From assembly GCF_009914755.1 (NCBI RefSeq), contig NC_060944.1: DNA of 64,000 nucleotides; one strand, 5' to 3'. Within the stretch, counting starts at the first letter, position 1. Each line of letters starts with the position of its first letter. The notes under the pieces are model-generated. The model worked only from the letters and a program-made list of their open reading frames with translations, was not told the DNA's origin and made no database searches. This DNA comes from the human T2T-CHM13v2.0 reference genome, Homo sapiens. Shown piece after piece: positions 54,565 through 64,000 of the stretch. Made by a program: the position numbers and the translations under genes.

Positions 54565-55129
54565 AACAAGTGCCCAGCCGTTCCTTACCAAAAGGCAACT
54601 CGTTAATTGTGGAGAGGACGGTAAAATCATAGCAATATATCTTCCCCGCCTCCACACAATACAGTAGAAATCAATAGTTATTTGAGCACTTCTCCATCAT
54701 AATCCAACCATCAATAAGTCTTTGGGTAAGATTGTGTTGTTACAAAGCATTTGCCCACCAATGACATTTTATATCCCCAGACACAATTATAAAGGCGAAG
54801 ATGTTCCATCAACAAGCACGCCTGATTTAATAGCATTTCTTGCCCACTGTTACTCAAAGCAGCCTGAATGCAGGAGCTCTCAAATGCTTCCCTGCGGCAT
54901 AAACCACCCTGAGATGGGTGTAGGAAATACACTAATGAGACGCCTGAGTGTTCACAATGCTTCCACACACTAGGAGAATTGGTCTTTATTGGTGGCCTCT
55001 GGATGTTGGGAATAATGAAACACTATGACCAGGGTTTTCTAGCAGTGTTGAGAGGTGAGATTTCCAGGCTAACCCAGAATCTTGGCCTTTCAAGAGCTAG
55101 TCGATGTAGGTGACCACATCCAGGCACAC

Positions 55130-55590
55130 ACCCTTTCTCTTCCATGCATGCATTACCAACTGGAGAGGATGTCGTGGGGGCTGTATTCCGGTCCCCTGTA
55201 TTAGCCAGTCTAGTGCAGCCATCTCCCAGCTGCTGTGAGTGTTGGCTGCTATCAGCTCACAGTCGCCCCTCTTCTCTGAAGATTTTTCCTTGTGCAAGAT
55301 CTTCCTTGCTCTGTTAGTTCTGCCCTCTCTCCCGCAGCCCACAGCCAATGACTGACTGACATGGGGGTACAAAGGGCCAGCCCTTTTGCCTTAAAGTGGG
55401 ACCAGCTCTGTGGTGCAGTTCCTGCTTCGGAGCTAAGTTGGACTCCAGCTAAGACCACATCTTTGCTCAGTTCCTTCCCCTGCCCCCTCCTACTTCACTC
55501 ATCTGTCTTCTGCTGAGTTACCCTCAATAAATCCCCTGTACCCAAATCCTCTCTCCGTCTCTCCTTTCAAGGGACTTAACCTAATACTGT
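55130..55590. mobile_element. Old ERVL-type LTR (LTR33/41-like)
   Basis: aagggccagccc, ctcaataaatcccctg...ctctccgtctc end. Confidence 0.5.
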
Positions 55591-55741
55591 GAACTTCAAA
55601 GAAATCACTCAAACACACTTCACAGGAACACTTTTCGAAGATATTTTTGTTGTTCTTTGATGATTCAGAAGATACCCCTAGACTGTGCAGTGTCACTGGG
55701 CTCTTATTATGACCATCAATTAATTCTACAGGTAGGAAGAA

Positions 55742-56046
<305 letters not shown>

Positions 56047-56360
56047 GGAAGAAATATTCTTGAACAGAGCTCTCCTATGGCTAGAGGATGTAATTATGTA
56101 TGTTGATTGAACAGCAGTCAGGACCTAGCCTGTCTGGATCTGAATGACGCAAAACCTGATGGCAGAGCCAGAAGCCAGAATGATATGACCAGTCGACCTT
56201 GTCCCCATGGACAGTCGTGGGATGCAGCCATGGTGTTCCTGCGTGTGGAGCTTCTTGCTTTTACAGCCCTTCGTGTTGGGTTGTCTCATTTATAGAGACA
56301 TACAACGTCAGTGCTGGAAGGACCTTTTGCCACTCCTCCAACAGATACTCGTTATGCCCT

Positions 56361-56781
56361 ATGCTGGGTTGAATTGTATTCCCCAAAAAGATAAGTTGAA
56401 GTCCTACCCCCTGGAACCTTAGACTGTGACCTTATTTGAAAATAGGGTCATTGCAGCTGTAATAGGTATGAGGTCATACTAGAGTAGGGGAGCCCTACTC
56501 CAACATGACTGGGGTCCTTAAAAGAAGAAGAGAGACAGACACAGAGAAAGATGGCCATGTGAAGACAGAGGCAGAGATTAGAGTGACATCTACAAGCTGA
56601 GGAACACTAAGGATTGCCAGCAACACCAGGAGCTGAAAGGGGCAAGGAAGAATTCTCCCCTACAGGTTTTCAGGGGGAGCACGGCCCTGTCAACCCCTCG
56701 ATTTCAGATTTCCAGCCTCCAGAACTGTGAGACAGTTCATTTCTGATGTAAGCCACCCAATTTGTGGTACTTTGTTATGGC
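56361..56781. mobile_element. MLT1B/C solo LTR
   Basis: tgctgggttgaattgt...tttgttatggcagccctgggaaactaat. Confidence 0.88.
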
Positions 56782-57114
56782 AGCCCTGGGAAACTAATAG
56801 AGCCTCTGCTAAGTGCCCATCTTTATGGATTATCTGTTATAACCTTAAGGCAAGGACATGCCTTGGTTCCATTTCACTTTAGCCCAGGAGAGAGAGCTTA
56901 TGGGTTGACCTGAATTCTTTGTGCACCATATCTAGCTATCTGCATCTAGATTTCCTTGTCACACACCCAGTTCAGAATGACAAGCAGGAGAGGATTTCAA
57001 ATCGCCAGAGCCATTGCTGAAGGAACAGAGTATGCTTGCTTGCTTGCTTTCTCTTTCTCTCTTTCTCTCTTTCTTTCTTTCTTCTTTCTTTTTTTCTTCT
57101 GAACAAAACAAGTT

Positions 57115-57625
57115 TTTAAAATTATTATTATACTTTAAGTTCCAGGGTACATGTGCACAAAGTACAGGTTCAATACATAGGTATACATGTGCCATGTTGG
57201 TTTGCTGCACCCATCAACTCGTCATTTACATTACATATTTCTCCTAATGCTATCCCTCCCCCAACCCCCCAGGCCCAGACAGGCCCCGGTGTGTGATGTT
57301 CCCCGCGCTGTGTCCAAGTGTTCTCATTGTTCAATTCCCAGTGAGAACATGCGGTGTTTGGTTTTCTGTCCTTGTGATAGTTTGCTGACAATGATGATGG
57401 TTTCCAACTTCATCCATGTCCCTGCAAAGGACATGGACTCATCCTTTTTTATGGCTGCATAGTATTCCATGGTGTATATATGCCACATTTTCTTAATCCA
57501 ATCTATCATTGATGGACATTTGGGTTGGTTCCAAGTCTTTGCTATTGTGAATAGTGCTGCAATAAACTTATGTGTGCATGTGTCTTTATAGTAGCATGAT
57601 TTATAATCCTTTGGGTATATACCCA
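57115..57625 (-). mobile_element. 5'-truncated L1PA 3' end
   Basis: ttattattatactttaagtt start; ORF2 C-terminus YKDTCT...WIKKMWHIY on minus strand. Confidence 0.93.
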
Positions 57626-58477
57626 CTTTATTTCATGACCCTCAACCTGATCAATGAAAGTCAGGGGGAGCTCAGTAAGCCGTGCTCTTGGAGGAATCTC
57701 AGCCCAGCACTGCTGGTTGTGTAGACAGACAGTCTCTGCGGTGGAGTGGGGTTGGTCATAATGGCGAGTCCCCTGCTTCCTCATTTCCTTCCTCTGTTTC
57801 TTCTCCTATCCAGGGAGTTCCTGAGTGTTTGTTATTAAAGTTCTTTATGCTAATTATTTTTTATTGAGCACTGCTTCCAACATCTCTGTAGGACTTGATT
57901 TAGAAAAAAATCATGGGACTCAGGCCTAGCCTTTCCATGGTCCTGCCTGGCTGTGTCTGGACTGTTGCCTGGAGCCAGCAGCCCCACGCTATCCTGGGGC
58001 CCACATTCCATCAGAAGTTCCTTTTTCTTCCTCTGTTTCAAGCACTGCATAGATACCTTGCTCAAAGCCATGTCTAGAGACAAACACACACTCCACAAAA
58101 AGCCTTCTCTGTGGACCCATATGACTCAGTATAATGCAATCATTACTTAATTTCTCAAAACACATTAACCTAAGGCAAGGTTTAAAACTAGTAAGAGTAG
58201 ACATAAATCCACAGTTCAGAAAGTTTTCTTAATAATTTTGATTTTTTTAAAGAATGGAATCCTTCCAGCTCTTTGAGAACCAGAAGAACAAGACCACAAA
58301 TCTTCCCTGACTTCACGTCTTTCCCCCTTTGTTATTCCGATACTCGATTCTTAATTGAAATTCTACAGTCCTCAACAGCAGACTCAATGTAGATTTTTTC
58401 CCCTAACCAACTAGCACAAAAAGTTATCTTTCTCTCAGAAGCCCAGAGGAATTATTCATTCAAAAAGTGCAGTGTTA

Positions 58478-58773
58478 GGCCGGGCGCAGTGGCTCACGCC
58501 TGTAATCCCAGCACTTTGGGAGGCTGAGGCGGGTGGATCATGAGGTCAGGAGATAGAGACCATCTTGGTTAACGCAGTGAAACCCCGTCTCTACTAAAAA
58601 TACAAAAAATAAGCCGGGCGTGGTGGTGGGCGCCTGTAGTCCCAGCTACTTGGGAGGCTGAGGCAGTAGAATGGCGTGAACTCAGAAGATGGAGCTTGCA
58701 GTGAGCCTAGATCGCACCGCTGCACTCCAGCCTGGGCGACAGAGCGAGACTCCGCCTCAAACAAAAAAAAAAA
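58478..58773 (+). mobile_element. AluY/Sc
   Basis: Dimer; TSD aaaaagtgcagtg. Confidence 0.95.
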
Positions 58774-59224
58774 GTGCAGTGCTGATCACGTGCCTTTAAG
58801 TTCACTCTTAATAAAGAGAGTGCTCTCTGACATCATATAGCATTGTCAGAAATTTCCTAAAATAAGAGTAGGCAGGTAATGTGAGGTCTAATTCTGAAGT
58901 TCTGAAATTTAAATACACATAACTGTGTGTAACAAGTAGGAAGGTGGATAAAGGTGTAGACCTCCAGGCCATGCCCCAGAGACTTGGATCCAGTAGTCCT
59001 GAGCTGGGCCTGAAAAGAACGTTGCTCCAATGTCTGTGTAGTGCTTTCCAGTTTAGAAATTAGTTTCCTCCCTTGCCAGACTGAAGGCCAGTTCTTACTA
59101 ATGCAATGTGTACACATGCCGCACCTGAGACTCCACAGAAGCATGTTAGGTTAAGAATACAGAATGTGGGGTAAGGGCAGACTAGAGAAGAACAGACAGG
59201 GAAGGTGGTTTCTTGCGAACATAA

Positions 59225-59674
<450 letters not shown>

Positions 59675-60240
59675 TAAAAAGGAAGTGCCCATGCTGGAGG
59701 GCAGAAATAAAATGTAATACCTAGGGCTATTTAATTTGTATTTAAAGCCTTGTTAATATTGCATGTATCAACAGACACCGACATCCTCGCTGGGTCACGG
59801 GTTATGAGGCTCCCACGGAGTGGGGGATCCCAAAGAAAGAGAGGTGCTCCCCAAGAAGAGGGGTGCTGCCTGTGGCATCCTCACACCCTCTCTGTGGTTT
59901 AAATGTGCCTGCCAACTAGATTTATGGGTTATACTCTCCAAATGAACAAGTGGCTTAAAAAGAATTGCTTCAAAGAACTGACAGATTGAAGAGACTAATG
60001 AGGCAAGTCAAGCAGACTCTATGAGAAAATGGGGGAGCTGAGTCTCCATTCCTAGTATCAATAAACATCAGGTTCAAAACAATGACAGTCTAATCAGTGC
60101 TGACCAATAGTTGGTTTAGTTGGTTTAAAAAAAAGTCAAAACTATTAAGAATTCTTTCTAGATTATGGCTTTATAGCCACTCTTGCTAGTTTAACCTTGT
60201 CTTAGGTGTATATGTCTTGAGAAATCAAGAAATCAAATAG

Positions 60241-60323
60241 TATTAGGCTGGATCATATGGAGTTGACAACATTTATCTATATTTTGATATAAAATTAGGA
60301 ATTCAATACAGTTCAATTTAACA
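60241..60323. mobile_element. MADE2-like mariner MITE
   Basis: tattaggctggatcatatg start and degenerate inverted end; ~80 bp. Confidence 0.45.
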
Positions 60324-60375
60324 TAAAGTTATCATGATTAATATGACTTTTTATTTTTTTTAAAAAAGCATCCTA

Positions 60376-60682
60376 GGCCAGGTGCAGTGGCTCATGCCTG
60401 TAATCCTAGCACTTTGGGAGGCCAAGGCCGGCAGGTCACTTGAGGCCAGGAGTTTGAGACCAGCCTGGCCAACATAGCGAAACCCCATCTCTACTAAAAA
60501 TACAAAAATTAACCAGGTGTGGTGGTGCACCCTGGTAGTCCCAGCTACTTACGAAGCTGAGGCACAAGGATTGCTTGAACCCAGGAGGCAGAGGTTGCGG
60601 TGAGCTGAGATTGCATCACTGCACTCCAGCCTGGGCAACAGAATGAGACTCCATCTCAAAAAAAAAAAAAAAAAAAAAAAAA
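60376..60682 (+). mobile_element. AluS
   Basis: Dimer; TSD aaaaaagcatcc. Confidence 0.95.
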
Positions 60683-62418
60683 AGCATCCCAAGGATGAAA
60701 AAACTCCAGTTTTTTATTACTTTATTTTAAAAGTCATGATAAACCTTTACAAAATTTTATTGAACTTAATGATAAATACTTACAAAGCCTCTTTTGAGAT
60801 TTCTTATGTAAGAGTAAAAGATGAAAAGCACACTATTTATAAACAGTTGTCTCATTCTGCTAGAATAAAAACAATGGAAAGAATATCTGGAGGCAACATA
60901 GGGGCAAAATTAAAGTGCAGTCCTTGCTGGTCAAATAAGTGGAAGAAATATAGAAAATATTGCCAAAGATTTGGAAAACATTACAACAAATTACACTGGT
61001 GGGAAATCTGCGACACAGTTTGATAAAAGTACAGATGCTTCTAACACGTCCTAGCTTACAGTGCTTGTTAGACTCTATGTCAGTCATAGATTGAAAGAGC
61101 CACTTTTTAATAAGCCATGAAAGGAAAGATGAACCAGATAAGATATAATCTCAATAATAATGACTTACGGAAAAAAACCAGTGTTTGATGTTCCACATCA
61201 TCTAGTGGTTAGAAAAAAAGAAAAAAACAAAACAAAGAAAAAACAGTGTTTGATGAAAAGTGAAACACAAAAACGCTGCCAAGAGTCGTCTGCTTTGATT
61301 TGGAAGGGGAACAGAAAGGACTTCGCAGTAAGAATATTGAATTTCCCATAAATAACCTATTGTTATATGTTATTATTATATGTTATATTTTTTCCCATAA
61401 ATAACCATTGTTTCATAGGCCAGGTGTTACAGCACAGAGATCAAAGCCAGAGATACTGAGCTTCTGGATACCTGAACATGTGGAGATTCCTGGAGGTGGC
61501 GCACCCAGGGAGGGCATGGAAGCTCTGTGCCCTTCCCCCATAAAAACTAAAAAAGATTTAAGTTTTTAAAAAATTTTTAGATAAATAAAATGAAATAAAA
61601 TGAAATAAAAGAGATGCTCCATTAATGTAGCTTGCTTTATAGGGACGTTTTATAAAAGGATGGGGATGAAAATCTTTTGCCTGCACAGGAAGTTCACTAA
61701 TTATCTTGTGGTCAGGTTCTTTAAAAATGAGTTACACAGTTTTCCTTTATGACAAGATGTCAAATGTTTCAAATTTGGGAAACTATTCTGGGAAGACAAG
61801 TGACTATCAATAGAACTGACAAATGACAGGAAGGGCTCAGATCGGCAGAAAGTCCAGAAACAAACACTGATGGGTAAGTCAGTAAGGTTCACTTATATCA
61901 TGAATGGGGAAGGAAGCTGGCATGGTCAGAATTCACCGCAAAGAGATTAGGAATACTAACGGGACCATGCAGAGGTGTAAACTTGTCTACTATATTTATT
62001 CCCAGAGCCACACAGTGTCAGATGGTAACATCTGATCAGGTGAGAATCCCATCAGATCTTCTGGAAGCCTAATTGTTTTTCCAGCTCCAGACTTCTGCAC
62101 TACCGCCAGGAGCACCTCATCACTCCCAGAGTTGATGATATGCCACGTTGTTAAGGTCCCAGACTCTCAGGCAGGAACACAGCCTTCTATGTTCCCTCTG
62201 CCTTCCCAGGCTAATGCAGTCTTGTCCAGACACATTGCTAAATTTAGTGCCCCGATGCTGAACAGGTTGAAATGTATAGCCCTTGCATGGATCTTGGCAC
62301 AAATGGACCAACTGCAAGACATTTTGACAACAATTGGGGAAACTGGAACACAGATTGGGTACTAGGTAATATAAAAGAATGATCGTTCATTTTGTTAGGT
62401 ATGATAATGATATAGCGG

Positions 62419-62898
62419 CTGCTATGATCTGAATGTTTGTGTCACCCCCAAAATTCATTAGGAGGTGGGGCCTTTAGAAAGTGATTATGTCATAAGGGCT
62501 CTGCCCTAATGGATGGAATTAGTGCTGTCATAAAAGAGACCCCCGAGAACTCATTAGCCCTTCCACCACGTGAGTACAAAACAAACAGTTGTCATTCTGC
62601 AACCTGGAGGAGGATCCTCACCAAGATGGCGCCCTGTGCACTTCCCAGCCTTCAGAACTGTGAGAAATAAATTTTATTGTTTATAAGCTATCCAGCTTAT
62701 GGTATTTTTTTTGAGATAGGCTCTCATTCCGTTGCCCAGGCTGGTGTGCAGTGGTGCGAATATGGCTCACTGCAGCCTCGACCTTCTGGGCTCCAGTGAT
62801 CCTCCCTCTTAGGCCTTTCAATGTACTGGGATTACAGGTGGGAGCCACGGTGCCCAGCCACCAGTATTTTGTCACAGAAGTCTGAACAAGCTAAGATA
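62419..62898. mobile_element. MLT1A-like LTR with an internally deleted reverse Alu (62705-62860)
   Basis: tgctatgatctgaatgtttgt start; ttcagaactgtgagaaataa. Confidence 0.75.
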
Positions 62899-63379
62899 GT
62901 GGTTATGTAAGAAAAATCCTGCTTTTTTAGAGATGTATATGAAAATATTACGAGGTGAATTGTCATTGTTTGTAGCTTATTATTAATACTTAGGTAAATA
63001 TTAGATACTTAATATTAAATACTGAGGTAAAAATTAGATGAAGCAAATCTGGTAAAATATTAAGAATAATTAAATGTAGGTATTGGCTATATGGCAGATC
63101 ATTACACCATTATCCTCCTACATTTATGTGTTTAAAATTGTTTATAATAAAAATTTTATAGAAAGTAATACAATAAAAAACAAACACAAACTGTACCATC
63201 AAGGTGAAAATAGTATTTTAGTATTGAGGGAGAAAGTAACATTTTTTGGAATAAAATATGGGGATAAATATTTGGTAAGTTTCTATGATTATATTATTTT
63301 ATTGATAAAAGAAATATAAGTGAATCATTTGCCAACTCTCCTCCTGCCATATTAAAAAAAAACTTGGGAAAAACAATGA

Positions 63380-64000
63380 ATAATCTGAAAAGGAAATTAA
63401 GAAAGGAATTTCATTTATAATAGCATTAAGAAGAATAAAATCCTTAGGAATAAACCTAACCAACGAGTTGAAAGACTTGTACACTGAAAACTTCAAAACC
63501 ATTGTTGAAAAAAATTAAAGAAGAGAGAAATAAATAAAAGGACAGCCTCTGTTCATGGATTGGATACTTAATATTATTAAGATGTTACTACTACCCAAAG
63601 AGATCTATAGATTAAATACAATCTCTATTAAAATACCAATGGCATTTTTTGTAAAATAGAAAAATTTATCCTAAAATTTATATGGGATCTCAAGGCACCC
63701 TGAGTAGCCAAAATAATTTTGAAAAAGAAGAACACAGTTGGAGGACTAGCAGTTATTGATTTCAAAACATTGCAAAACTACAGTAATCAAAATAGTGTGG
63801 TACTGGCATAAAGACAGACAAATAGATCAATGGAATCGAATAGACAGCCCACATCTATGGTCAAATGATGTTCAACAAGGGTGCCAAGACCATTCAGTGG
63901 GGAAAGGACAGTTTCTTTAACAAACAGTAGTGGGAAAATTGGATGCAAAAGAATGAATTTGGACCCTTGTCCTATACCATATACAAAAATTAACTCAAGA
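63380..64000 (+). mobile_element. Old L1 (L1M/L1PB) ORF2 fragment running off the window
   Basis: ttaggaataaacctaac, ggtactggcataaagacagac, caagggtgccaagacc. Confidence 0.88.

Noticed and set aside
61343-61610. Small duplication (ttcccataaataacc) and a short LTR-like fragment followed by an A-rich tract
   Set aside because: Too short and degenerate to define an insertion; no clear TSD

Overview
Primate (almost certainly human) genomic DNA. The left half holds coding exons 2-13 of CDS2 (CDP-diacylglycerol synthase 2 / phosphatidate cytidylyltransferase) on the + strand. The 12 exons splice with GT-AG boundaries into 1281 nt (426 aa + TAG). Exon 1 lies upstream of the window. A ~7.6 kb 3'UTR, in which I saw no Alu, ends at an AATAAA near 29273. 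The right half is repeat-rich intergenic DNA (Alu, L1, L2, MIR, MaLR/ERVL LTRs, DNA transposons) with a strong CTCF-like motif. Almost all ORFs in the supplied track are spurious or repeat-derived. The most unusual structure is in intron 5: an antisense MER41A-type endogenous retrovirus that has the layout of a retrotransposed mRNA rather than a provirus (R-U5-PBS-leader | 3' internal-PPT-U3-R-polyA, flanked by an L1-type target-site duplication), nested in a MER58A transposon. Other notable items are a tailless, doubly truncated L1 ORF2 patch in intron 1, a twin-primed L1, a 34-nt repeat and an inverted MIR pair in the 3'UTR, and several short palindromes inside old repeats. Repeat family names come from recalled consensus sequences, not from a search.
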